From: Oscillospiraceae bacterium
GTDB taxonomy: Bacteria > Bacillota > Clostridia > Oscillospirales > Ruminococcaceae
Assembly (NCBI GenBank): GCA_015067145.1
Contig: SVNA01000008.1
Coordinates: forward strand, 1,601 to 65,600
Direction of reading: 5' to 3'
Length of the DNA: 64,000 bases
Part shown: one piece after another, positions 44,949 to 53,992 of the stretch
Numbering within the stretch: the first letter of the stretch is position 1
Layout: the number at the start of each line of letters is the position of its first letter
The notes under the pieces: model-generated
Told to the model about the DNA's origin: nothing
The model's database searches: none
The model's input: only the letters and a program-made list of their open reading frames with translations
Made by a program: the position numbers and the translations under genes

Positions 44949-47049
44949 TTGCCTTTGTTTCCTTTTTTGTTTTTCTTGTAACTGTTGGTTTGTATGCGGA
45001 GCATTTTTCGTTTATGCAGTGTGCCTTTGCACCCTTTGCAGTTTTTTTGTAAAGGCTTTTGCCGCACACATCGCACACTTTGTCTGTAGGTTCTTCCCAT
45101 GTGAGGAATCTGCATTTTTCACTGTCTTCGCAGGCGTAGAATGTTCTGCCACGCTTGCTTGTGAGAACCAGCATTTTACCTCCGCATACAGGACAGAAGC
45201 CTTTTGCATATTTTACAATGCGTTTTGTATTTTTGCAGTCAGGGAAGCCGCTGCAGGCAAGGAATTTGCCGAACTTGCCTGTTTTTACAACCATTGGCTT
45301 GCCGCAAAGTTCGCAGATTTCGTCGGTAACTTCGTCAGGCACCTTAACCTTTTTTCCGTCCATCTCTTCCTCTGCTTTTTTCAGCAGCTTGTCAAAGGAA
45401 GCATAGAACTCGCCCAGAACCTGTGTCCATTCCTTTTTGCCTTCTTCGATATCGTCAAGGTTTGTTTCCATTTCAGCGGAAAATTTTACGTTAACGATGT
45501 CGTTGAACTGTGCTTCCAGCAGGTCGTTTATTGTTGTGCCGAGAGCTGTAGGGATAAGCTTTTTGCCGTCCCGTTCAACATAGGCTTTTTCTGTGATTGT
45601 GTAGATGATAGGTGCATAGGTTGACGGACGTCCGATGCCGTTTTCTTCCAGAGCCTTGATAAGGGTAGCTTCTGTATATTCGTTCGGAGGCAGTGTGAAC
45701 TTCTGTTCTGCCTCAACGTCTTTCAGTTTGAGTTTTGTATCCTCACTGAGAGGCGGAAGTGCAGTTTCCTTTTCTTTCTTTTCGTCTGTCTGTTCTTCGT
45801 AAAGGGCTGTAAAGCCGTCGAACAGTACAGTGTAGCCGTTTGCTTTGTAGAGGTGACGGCCGCTTGTAACATCAACGGAAACTGTCTCCTGCACGCAGTC
45901 TGCCATCTGGCTTGCCACAAAGCGTTCCCAGATAAGCTTATAAAGCTTTGCAACATCGCCTGACAGTGTTGCGTTTGCAATTTCAGGTGTGATGCTGACG
46001 TTTGTAGGGCGGATAGCCTCGTGTGCGTCCTGAGAGTTGTTTTTCTGTTTGTATGTGCGTTTGTAGTTTGGCACATACTGCTGGCCGAATTTATCCTTGA
46101 TAAAGCCCTTTGCTGCCCAGATTGCCTCGTCACTTACACGGAGAGAGTCGGTTCTCATATAGGTGATAAGACCCATCTGACCATAGCCCTGTACCTCAAC
46201 ACCTTCGTAAAGTGTCTGTGCCGCACGCATTGTTCTGAGTGCTGTAAAGCCCAGACGGCGGGAAGCTTCCTGCTGGAGAGAGGAGGTGATGAAAGGCGGT
46301 GCAGGCAGACGTTTTCTCTCGCCCTTTGTGATTTTTGCAATCTCAAAAGGAACAGCAAGGCTTTCCTCTTTAATCTGGTTTGCAAGGATTTCGTTGTCCA
46401 CTGTAACCTTTTCGCCGTCAGTGCCCCAGTAGCGTGCCCTGAATTTTTTTGTACCTGCACCCAGAGTTGCATCGATGTTCCAGTATTCCTGCGGGATAAA
46501 GCTTTCGATTTCTCTGTGACGGTCCACAACAAGCTTTACTGCAACCGACTGTACACGGCCAGCGGAAAGACCGCCCTTGATTTTCTGCCAGAGGAACGGA
46601 GAAAGTTTGTAGCCAACGATACGGTCAAGAATTCTTCTTGCCTGCTGTGCATTTATCAGGTCTTCGTCGATGGTACGCTTGTTCTGCATACCCTCTGTGA
46701 CACCTTTTTTTGTAATTTCGCCGAATGTGACACGGTTTGGCTGGGTTGTGTCCAGCTTTAATATATGTGCCAGATGCCATGAAATCGCTTCACCCTCACG
46801 GTCCGGGTCGGTTGCGAGATAAACTGTGTCGCTGTCTGCTGCAAGGGTTTTGAGTTCCTTGATAAGCTTTGATTTGCCCGGAATGTTGATGTAGCGGGGT
46901 TTGAAGTTATCTTCTATGTCAACGCCCATCTGTGCCTTTGGCAGGTCACGCACATGACCCATGGAAGCTATAACATTGTAGTCTTCGCCAAGGTATTTTT
47001 TGATGGTTTTTGCTTTTGCGGGAGATTCCACGATAACAAGTTTAGACAT
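44938..47049 (-). CDS. topA: DNA topoisomerase I
   Basis: 703 aa. LVIVESPAKAKTIKKYLG TOPRIM start, catalytic-region YMRTDS motif, three C-terminal CxxC zinc ribbons. Confidence 0.97.
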   Translation of the reverse strand: MSKLVIVESPAKAKTIKKYLGEDYNVIASMGHVRDLPKAQMGVDIEDNFKPRYINIPGKSKLIKELKTLAADSDTVYLATDPDREGEAISWHLAHILKLDTTQPNRVTFGEITKKGVTEGMQNKRTIDEDLINAQQARRILDRIVGYKLSPFLWQKIKGGLSAGRVQSVAVKLVVDRHREIESFIPQEYWNIDATLGAGTKKFRARYWGTDGEKVTVDNEILANQIKEESLAVPFEIAKITKGERKRLPAPPFITSSLQQEASRRLGFTALRTMRAAQTLYEGVEVQGYGQMGLITYMRTDSLRVSDEAIWAAKGFIKDKFGQQYVPNYKRTYKQKNNSQDAHEAIRPTNVSITPEIANATLSGDVAKLYKLIWERFVASQMADCVQETVSVDVTSGRHLYKANGYTVLFDGFTALYEEQTDEKKEKETALPPLSEDTKLKLKDVEAEQKFTLPPNEYTEATLIKALEENGIGRPSTYAPIIYTITEKAYVERDGKKLIPTALGTTINDLLEAQFNDIVNVKFSAEMETNLDDIEEGKKEWTQVLGEFYASFDKLLKKAEEEMDGKKVKVPDEVTDEICELCGKPMVVKTGKFGKFLACSGFPDCKNTKRIVKYAKGFCPVCGGKMLVLTSKRGRTFYACEDSEKCRFLTWEEPTDKVCDVCGKSLYKKTAKGAKAHCINEKCSAYKPTVTRKTKKETKANEG

Positions 47050-47085
47050 TGTGCCTCCTTGAAAGGTAGTTTTTTGCTTATAGAT

Positions 47086-48183
47086 TTATTTTACGCAGTA
47101 TACGCCGGGAGATACCGATTTCACAACGCCGTCCATCTCCATTTTGGTAAGCAAAGCTTTAAGCTGTACCATTGGAATTCTGGTCTGGCTGAAAAGCTGG
47201 TTGGTGCTTTTTGTCTCTCTGCCGAGAGTATCGTATATCTGCTGTTCGATTGGTGTGAGTTTTGGTTTGTTTGCTTTTCTTCTGCTCTTTGGTTTCTCCT
47301 CAAGGCCGAAGCGTATAAGCACATCATCCGGCCGCAGCAGAGGGTATGCACCGTCCTGTATAAGCTGGTTGGTGCCGTCATACAGCGGATTGAGGATGCT
47401 GCCGGGAACAGCAAACAGTTCCTTGGAATATTCCTGTGCCTTTTTGGCGGTGGAAAGTGTGCCGCTTTTTTCCTTTGCCTGCATAACACAGACAATCTCT
47501 CCCGCCGCGGCGATAAGGCGGTTGCGTTCGAGAAAACTGGTGCCGTTTGTAAATGCACCAACATAATATTCGCTGACCACACAGCCTCTCTGTGCTATCT
47601 CTTCCTGAAATCTGCGGTGACTTGCAGGAAAGTATTTATCAAGGCTTGTGCCGATAAATGCAACGGTTTTACCGCTGTTTTCCAGTGCGGCAATATGGCC
47701 TATGGTGTCCATGCCCTGTGCCAGACCGCTGATTATTGTGATGCCGTTTTCAGCCAGAGCACGGCAGATGTCGGTGCAGATTTTTGTTCCGTCACGGTCA
47801 GGGTTGCGGCTGCCCACAACCGACACACGATGCTCTTCTTCAAGCAGCGTAATATCCCCTTTGTAGAACAGTACTACAGGTGCCTGCGGGATATTTCTCA
47901 GGCATACGGGATATTCATCATCGGTATAGTTCACCGACATAATTCCCCTTTCGTTGTGCTTTTCCCACACTGTTTTCGCCGCAGTAAGAGGAATTTCCAT
48001 TGCTCTTTCCCTCTGTCTTGCGGTGAAAAATCCGTAGTCATACCACGCACTGCGGTTTTCATAAAGTAATTGCGGAGACACATCTCCCATCACTATATCG
48101 CCGCCGTTGGACGGGTTTGCCCCGATGACCATAGACAGCCAGATGTTGTATAAATCCACCGCTATTCTCCTCTTAATTCCCAC
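47086..48183 (-). CDS. dprA: DNA-processing protein DprA (Smf)
   Basis: 365 aa. Rossmann-like core GLAQGMDTIGH, C-terminal winged-helix segment. The exact start is uncertain (overlaps the upstream gene by 22 nt if ATG 48183 is used). Confidence 0.85.
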   Translation of the reverse strand: MGIKRRIAVDLYNIWLSMVIGANPSNGGDIVMGDVSPQLLYENRSAWYDYGFFTARQRERAMEIPLTAAKTVWEKHNERGIMSVNYTDDEYPVCLRNIPQAPVVLFYKGDITLLEEEHRVSVVGSRNPDRDGTKICTDICRALAENGITIISGLAQGMDTIGHIAALENSGKTVAFIGTSLDKYFPASHRRFQEEIAQRGCVVSEYYVGAFTNGTSFLERNRLIAAAGEIVCVMQAKEKSGTLSTAKKAQEYSKELFAVPGSILNPLYDGTNQLIQDGAYPLLRPDDVLIRFGLEEKPKSRRKANKPKLTPIEQQIYDTLGRETKSTNQLFSQTRIPMVQLKALLTKMEMDGVVKSVSPGVYCVK

Positions 48184-48956
48184 ATCATAACGCTGGCGGA
48201 AACCGCTGCATTGAGGGATTCTATCTCTTCGCTCATAGGGATTTTAACCTTGTGGGTGCTTGCTGCGATTGTGCCGGCGGAAAGGCCGTTGCCCTCATTG
48301 CCGATGAGCACCGCAACAGGCAGGTTTATCTTTTCGCTGCCCAGCTCCCTTGAGTTTTCAAGACAGGTTGCAACGGTGGAAAAACCTTTATCACCAAGGT
48401 CTTTAACCAGCTGCGGAATGTCTTTTACCTTGTACACATTCAGCTTTACGCTGGCGGTCATGCTGCTGCGGAGAACCTTTGGGGAGTAGATATCCGCACA
48501 TTTCGTGCTGGTTACAATGTTTTTGTAACCGAAAGCAAGGGCTGTACGCATGATTGCACCCATATTGCCCGGATCCTGCACATCCTCCAGAACGATGAGT
48601 TTTTTTGCAGAGAAAATCTTGTTTATATCGGGCTTTTTCATACGGAAAACGCCGAAAACACCCTGACTTGTCCTGTCTTCGCTCATCTTCTGGTTAACAG
48701 CATCAGTGATTATATACACAGGCTGGCCTGTAAGCTTATCTTCATAGCGATCGTATTCGTCCTGCATGAAAAACAGACTTTCTGCAATAAAACCTGCAGA
48801 GAGAATATCCATAACCACCTTTGGGGTTGCCGCAAAAAACAGACCGCTTTCGGTGCGGAATTTTGCGTCCTTTGCCAGCTTGATAGCATTTTTTACTTTT
48901 GGGTTATCCTTGCTTTGGATTATGTTGAGCATTTGTGATACCTCAGAATTCTGCAT
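48162..48956 (-). CDS. TrmH/SpoU-family RNA 2'-O-methyltransferase
   Basis: 264 aa. DPGNMGAIMRTA, LIGNEGNGLS and SLNAAVSASVMMWE SPOUT motifs. Confidence 0.88.
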   Translation of the reverse strand: MQNSEVSQMLNIIQSKDNPKVKNAIKLAKDAKFRTESGLFFAATPKVVMDILSAGFIAESLFFMQDEYDRYEDKLTGQPVYIITDAVNQKMSEDRTSQGVFGVFRMKKPDINKIFSAKKLIVLEDVQDPGNMGAIMRTALAFGYKNIVTSTKCADIYSPKVLRSSMTASVKLNVYKVKDIPQLVKDLGDKGFSTVATCLENSRELGSEKINLPVAVLIGNEGNGLSAGTIAASTHKVKIPMSEEIESLNAAVSASVMMWELRGE

Positions 48957-49089
48957 ATATATAAGTAATTAAAAACACTTTTTTACGCTGATTCCGGGCA
49001 CACTTATCCCTTGAAATCAGCGTTTCAAACTATCTTTAAATACAAAGATACGCCCTGACGCAAAGGCGCCAAGGCGTAATTATCGTTAA

Positions 49090-49443
49090 TTACAGAGCTT
49101 TTTTAGCTGTTTCAACGAGAGAAGCAAATGCTGCTGCATCGTTGATAGCAAGTTCGGAAAGCATTTTTCTGTTGAGTGTGATACCTGCTTTTTTGAGGCC
49201 GTTCATAAATGTAGAGTAGTTCATATCGTACATTTTAACAGCTGCAGAAATTCTTGTGATCCAGAGACGACGGAAATCACGTTTTTTCTGTTTACGGCCA
49301 GCGAAAGCGTAGTTACCGCTTTTCATAACCTGCTGTTTAGCCATTTTGAAGTGTTTGGATTTGGAACCGTAGTAACCTTTTGCAAGTTTGAGTGTTTTAT
49401 TTCTTCTTTTGCGAGTCATCATCGCGCCTTTAATACGAGCCAT
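49090..49443 (-). CDS. rplT: 50S ribosomal protein L20
   Basis: 117 aa [29 protein letters not shown]... Confidence 0.97.
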   Translation of the reverse strand: MARIKGAMMTRKRRNKTLKLAKGYYGSKSKHFKMAKQQVMKSGNYAFAGRKQKKRDFRRLWITRISAAVKMYDMNYSTFMNGLKKAGITLNRKMLSELAINDAAAFASLVETAKKAL

Positions 49444-49502
49444 TTATAGTTTCTCCTTTAATCTATCAAATCAATAAGTTGGTTAGCTAAGCTGCAAACA
49501 AA

Positions 49503-49706
49503 TTACATGTAAGGCAAGAGTTTTTTGATAACTTTTGCGTTTGTTGCGTCTGCATAGCCGCCTTTTCTGAGGTTTCTTTTTCTTTTTGTAGACATCTTAG
49601 TGAGAATGTGGCTTCTGAAAGCTTTACCTCTTTTAAGTTTGCCGTTTTTTGTCATTTTAAATCTTTTTTTAGCACCTGTGTGTGTTTTGATTTTGTACTT
49701 ATTCAT
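49503..49706 (-). CDS. rpmI: 50S ribosomal protein L35
   Basis: 67 aa. [32 protein letters not shown] pattern. Confidence 0.95.
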   Translation of the reverse strand: MNKYKIKTHTGAKKRFKMTKNGKLKRGKAFRSHILTKMSTKRKRNLRKGGYADATNAKVIKKLLPYM

Positions 49707-49726
49707 GGAAAATTTCCTCCTACCTT

Positions 49727-50245
49727 TTATTTGTTGTGTGCTGGGGCAATAAACATAAGCATATTTCTGCCTTCAAGTTTCGCAGCTTTTTCGATTGTGC
49801 CGCCTTCGATTGCCTGGCCAAAACGTTCCATAACGTCAAGACCAAGTTTGGAATGAGCCATCTCTCTGCCGCGGAAACGAATGGAAACTTTAACTTTATC
49901 ACCGTTTTTAAGGAACTTGTTAGCCTGGTTAACCTTTGTGTTGAAATCGTTTGTATCAATATTGATGGACAGACGAACTTCTTTTGTTTCAACAACCTTC
50001 TGGTTTTTCTTGTTTTCTTTTTCCTTCTTCTGCTGTTCAAAACGGTATTTGCCGTAGTCCATAACTCTGCAAACCGGCGGAACTGCTGTTGGAGCAATTT
50101 TAACCAGATCCAGATTTGCATCTTCTGCAAGCTTTAAAGCCTGTTCTGCAGACATAATGCCCATCTGGCTGCCGTCTGCACCGATAACTCTGACTTCCTT
50201 ATCACGAATCTCTTCGTTGATTTCAAGTTCTTTTTTTGTACTAAT
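49727..50245 (-). CDS. infC: Translation initiation factor IF-3, ATT start codon
   Basis: The conserved N-terminus [25 protein letters not shown] has no ATG/GTG/TTG between the GGAGGTG RBS and the conserved region. ATT at 50245 lies 7 nt after the RBS. The track's upstream extension would translate through the leader terminator. Confidence 0.88.
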   Translation of the reverse strand: MSTKKELEINEEIRDKEVRVIGADGSQMGIMSAEQALKLAEDANLDLVKIAPTAVPPVCRVMDYGKYRFEQQKKEKENKKNQKVVETKEVRLSINIDTNDFNTKVNQANKFLKNGDKVKVSIRFRGREMAHSKLGLDVMERFGQAIEGGTIEKAAKLEGRNMLMFIAPAHNK

Positions 50246-50413
50246 GATAAAGCACCTCCAATTAAATCTAGCAAAAACAAAAGCGCGTATCTGTAAATAC
50301 GCGCTCAGAATAAACCGAAATTTCCCCTTTGACAAAGGGCTTCCATTTATTGACCCGACCGCTCCTGTGGCGATGCAAGGTGAGCACGTTTACTACGTGT
50401 CTACTTTATTGCT
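50246..50413 (-). promoter_or_regulatory. infC-rpmI-rplT leader with intrinsic terminator (attenuator; likely L20-responsive ribosomal protein leader)
   Basis: The leader of about 165 nt contains several hairpins (CACGT..ACGTG, CCCTTT..AAAGGG). It ends in GAGCGCGTATTTACAGATACGCGCTTTTGTTTTT (plus coordinates 50273-50306), immediately before the infC RBS. Confidence 0.6.
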
Positions 50414-50419
50414 TTAAAT

Positions 50420-50448
50420 ATTATAGCCACAGGATTGTGGTTTGTCAA
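50420..50448 (-). promoter_or_regulatory. Consensus sigma-A promoter of the infC operon
   Basis: Minus strand TTGACA (50448-50443), 17 nt spacer, TATAAT (50425-50420). Confidence 0.75.
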
Positions 50449-50506
50449 TAGGAAAATTCAAGTTTTTTGTTTATTTTTAAAGGAATTTCAAGGTTTTACA
50501 GTTTGA

Positions 50507-53500
50507 CTAAAACTCAATATATTCCCCAAGGTAAAAACTGTATATTATGCATTTTACACTGTCGGTTTCGTACAGGCTTTCGGCGGCAAAGCGGTACATT
50601 TCCAGCTGTTTTGAGTATCTTTCGTACAGCTGGTCCATATTTTCCACCCTGTCGGTCTTGTAGTCGATAACCACAGCGTTTCTGCCGTTCATAACAAGAC
50701 AGTCGATAACACCCTGAATGAGAATTTCTTCCCCCTCAAAGCTGTCTTCATTCATCACTGTACGGGCATTGGCGGAAACCAGAAACTCTTTTTCTTTGTA
50801 AATCTTCTCGGCGTTAAGCATAACCGTCGCCACAGGGCTGTTTACAAAGGTTTCTATCTGTTTTCTGTTAAGCAGCTTTCTGTCCACAATTCCCTTTTCG
50901 TGCAGACGTTCAATCTCCGACGCAAGATTGGTGCGGGCAAGGAGAATATCGCTGTGCTGTGCAAAAAGATGCATCTGTGTGCCCTTCTGTGCGGCGGAAA
51001 AATGCTGCTGTTTTACAAAGTCAGGTTTTCTCAGACTCACCGCGTGTGGTGCTTTTGCAATTTCGCCCACCGAAACCTTCATCGGGAGAACAGTTTTCGC
51101 AATATCCGGGTAAACATAGTCCAGATTTTCCTGTGCCTTTGCAGCATCAAAACATATTTCCTTTTTCTGCTGTGTGTTTTCGGTTTCTGCCTCTTCTCCA
51201 TTCTGTACGTCTATGATATCCATAGACAGAACTGTGCTGAAATCGCACCCTTTATCCACGGTAATATCATTGACAGACACACCCGCAAGGCTTAAATTTG
51301 CCGCCTGTTCAGCCCCCGGCATACCAAAAGAATACCTTTCGCCGAACACTGCAGGATGGGAGGCATAGCCTGACAGAATCCACTCCATCGGTGTGTTTGC
51401 ACTGCGTAAAGCATATTCACTGAGGGTGTAGTCGGTTTTTTCCCATATCTTGTCAAAACTGTTGGCTGTAAACATATTTGTGTACTGTGCCGTGAGGAAG
51501 TTTTTATTTTTTGCCCTTGTAAGTGCAACGTACAGCAGACGCATCTCGTCATTGGCATTTTCGGTAAGGATTTTTTTCTTTATTGCCTGTATGCCCGCTG
51601 TGGAACGGTTGTAGCCAAAGCTTTCGTTGGCATAGGTTGCCATGCCCATAACAGGGTCAATCATCAACCGTCTTGAGCGGTCCTGCTTGTTGAAAGGTGT
51701 GCCGAGACCCGAGATAAAGCAGATGGGAAATTCCAGCCCTTTTGATGTGTGCATTGTCATAACCGCAACCGTGTCGGCAGGCTGATGAGAGTTTTCGCCC
51801 TGTGATTTGCCCGCCTCCAAAGTGAGATCAATGTAACGCAGAAAATCCCCAAGATAGTTCTGATAGCCTGTAACGTATTTTTTTGCAAAGCTGATAAAAC
51901 GGCGGATATTTTCCCGTTTCTGTGCACCGTTTTCGCAGAATGCAAGGTTTGTGTAGTAACCCGTTGTGTTCACGATATAGTCGATAAGCTTGTCAGGGGA
52001 GTAGATTTTTGCCACAAATGCAAAATCCCTGAGGACTGCAAGGAAGTTCTGTGCTTTTTCGTTCTCTGACTGTGCCAGCAGCCTGTAAAGGTTTTCTCTT
52101 TTACCCTTTACCTTGAGGTGCAGAATATCATCCAGAGTAAAGCCGAAGATATCACCAAACATACCCGCAGTGAGGTAAACCTCCTGCAGAGGATTGTTTA
52201 TCACCTTTAGCAGAGCAATGATACTCTGTATTTCCTCCTTTTCAAGAAGGGGCTGTTCGTCACGGACAAAGGTTTTTATACCCTTTGCTTTGAGTGCATC
52301 GCTGAACTCGGCAAAGCGTTTTTTGTTGCGGAGAAGAATGCAGAAGTCGGAGTATTTTACCTCTCTTTTTCCATCCCGCGTATCTATCACAAATCCACTG
52401 TGCACCATATCATATATCTTCTGTGCCACCATAACAGCTTCGCTTTCCCTGTCGTTGGCAATAAGGATTTCAGTGCCCGGTGTGCCGCTGTCGGTTTTGC
52501 CGTCGGCCGGCAGCAGCTGTTCTCCCTCTTTGTAGTCAACACCGCCAAGGTTTTTGGTCATTATGCGTTCAAAGAGGCAGTTTACACTGCGGATAACGTT
52601 GACTTCGCTGCGGAAGTTGTTTGGCAGCACGATGGTTGTGCCAAGGGTTTTGTCCTTATAGTATCTGGAACGTTTTTCCAGCAGAATCTGCGGGGAAGCC
52701 TTGCGGAAGCCGTAGATGGACTGTTTTACATCCCCCACCACAAAGAGATTTGCTTCCTTTTCTGTGGCGATGGTTTTGAAGATCATATCCTGAACATAGC
52801 TTGTGTCCTGGAATTCGTCCTCCATTATCTTTACATATTTCTGCTGCAAAGCCTGTGCCACAGAGGTTCTGCTGCCTTTATCATCTATAAGCAGTTTTAC
52901 TGCAAAATGCTCGAAGTCGGAAAATTCAAAGGTTTTTTCCGCTTTTTTGATTTCTAGCATTTTCTGTGAGAAAAACACAAATACATCGGTTATAGCTTTT
53001 ATATACTCCGAGGTCTGCTGCACATCTGCTGCATATCTTTCTGCGTCCAGATATTCCATATCCTCCGCCAGTTCTTCCAGCTGTTTTGAAAGTATTTTAT
53101 TCACATTTTTGATGGCTTCGGAATATACACTGCCCGTTCCCTTTTTCATCTTGCCAAGGGGAGAAAGTTTTTCATTGGCAATGCTTTTTACAAGGAAAAC
53201 ATCGCCGTCCCTGTAAGCCTTGCACAGCATATTGACCATATTTTCGTTGGCAAGGATGCCGTCCCTGTAACTGTCCACATCGCCCAGATACATAAGTGTT
53301 TTTTCTCTGTTTATGAGATATTTTGTATACTCTGTACGATCGCCGATATCATTCCACAGATATTTGTAGACTTCCGTATCACCAAATTTTTCATTCTGTG
53401 CCATGCCGCACAGTTCCACAGCCTTTTTTTCAGGGAAAGGAAGAGCAGAAAAGTACTGGTACATATATTCCAGAAACTCCCTCATCTGCCTGTCCTGACT

Positions 53501-53992
53501 GGACTTGCCGAAAAGTGTTACAAAGCGGCGGAAAACAGGGTTTTCATAGCCGTATTCCATTGCGGCGTCGATTGCCCTTGCGTGTATTTCCAGTGCCCTT
53601 GCCTCGTCACAGATAGTAAAATCGGGGGCTATGTCCAGCTGTTCAAAGTTTTCCCTTGCCAGCTTTATGCAGAAGGAATGAATGGTGGAAATATCCGCTT
53701 TCTGCAGTGCAACCTTCTGTGATTTTATATATGCATTTTCGGGATTATCCCTGATGGCTTCGCTTATACCCTTTTCGATGCGGTTTTTGAACTCTTTTGC
53801 GGAAGCATTGGAAAAGGTCACGATAAGCAGCCGGTCTGCAGGGGTTTTGTTTTCTTCGTCGAGGAGTATCCGCAGTGCCTTTTCCACCAGCACGGTGGTC
53901 TTGCCGCTGCCTGCTGCCGCCGAAAGCACCGTAAGGTTGCCGTCAGCTTCTATCGCCTTTATCTGTTGGTCTGTCCACCTTCTTTCAGCCAT
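50507..53992 (-). CDS. addA: ATP-dependent helicase/nuclease subunit AddA
   Basis: 1161 aa. UvrD-like AAAGSGKT Walker A, C-terminal PD-(D/E)XK nuclease (VIDYKTD). Confidence 0.93.
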   Translation of the reverse strand: MAERRWTDQQIKAIEADGNLTVLSAAAGSGKTTVLVEKALRILLDEENKTPADRLLIVTFSNASAKEFKNRIEKGISEAIRDNPENAYIKSQKVALQKADISTIHSFCIKLARENFEQLDIAPDFTICDEARALEIHARAIDAAMEYGYENPVFRRFVTLFGKSSQDRQMREFLEYMYQYFSALPFPEKKAVELCGMAQNEKFGDTEVYKYLWNDIGDRTEYTKYLINREKTLMYLGDVDSYRDGILANENMVNMLCKAYRDGDVFLVKSIANEKLSPLGKMKKGTGSVYSEAIKNVNKILSKQLEELAEDMEYLDAERYAADVQQTSEYIKAITDVFVFFSQKMLEIKKAEKTFEFSDFEHFAVKLLIDDKGSRTSVAQALQQKYVKIMEDEFQDTSYVQDMIFKTIATEKEANLFVVGDVKQSIYGFRKASPQILLEKRSRYYKDKTLGTTIVLPNNFRSEVNVIRSVNCLFERIMTKNLGGVDYKEGEQLLPADGKTDSGTPGTEILIANDRESEAVMVAQKIYDMVHSGFVIDTRDGKREVKYSDFCILLRNKKRFAEFSDALKAKGIKTFVRDEQPLLEKEEIQSIIALLKVINNPLQEVYLTAGMFGDIFGFTLDDILHLKVKGKRENLYRLLAQSENEKAQNFLAVLRDFAFVAKIYSPDKLIDYIVNTTGYYTNLAFCENGAQKRENIRRFISFAKKYVTGYQNYLGDFLRYIDLTLEAGKSQGENSHQPADTVAVMTMHTSKGLEFPICFISGLGTPFNKQDRSRRLMIDPVMGMATYANESFGYNRSTAGIQAIKKKILTENANDEMRLLYVALTRAKNKNFLTAQYTNMFTANSFDKIWEKTDYTLSEYALRSANTPMEWILSGYASHPAVFGERYSFGMPGAEQAANLSLAGVSVNDITVDKGCDFSTVLSMDIIDVQNGEEAETENTQQKKEICFDAAKAQENLDYVYPDIAKTVLPMKVSVGEIAKAPHAVSLRKPDFVKQQHFSAAQKGTQMHLFAQHSDILLARTNLASEIERLHEKGIVDRKLLNRKQIETFVNSPVATVMLNAEKIYKEKEFLVSANARTVMNEDSFEGEEILIQGVIDCLVMNGRNAVVIDYKTDRVENMDQLYERYSKQLEMYRFAAESLYETDSVKCIIYSFYLGEYIEF

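Noticed and set aside
48957-49089. Hairpins downstream of rplT: ACGCTGATT...AATCAGCGT at 48987-49027, and TACGCC...GGCGTA at 49050-49078
   Set aside because: The second is a plausible rplT terminator, but its T-tract is weak. The first lacks a T-run in either useful orientation. Neither is clear enough to annotate with coordinates.
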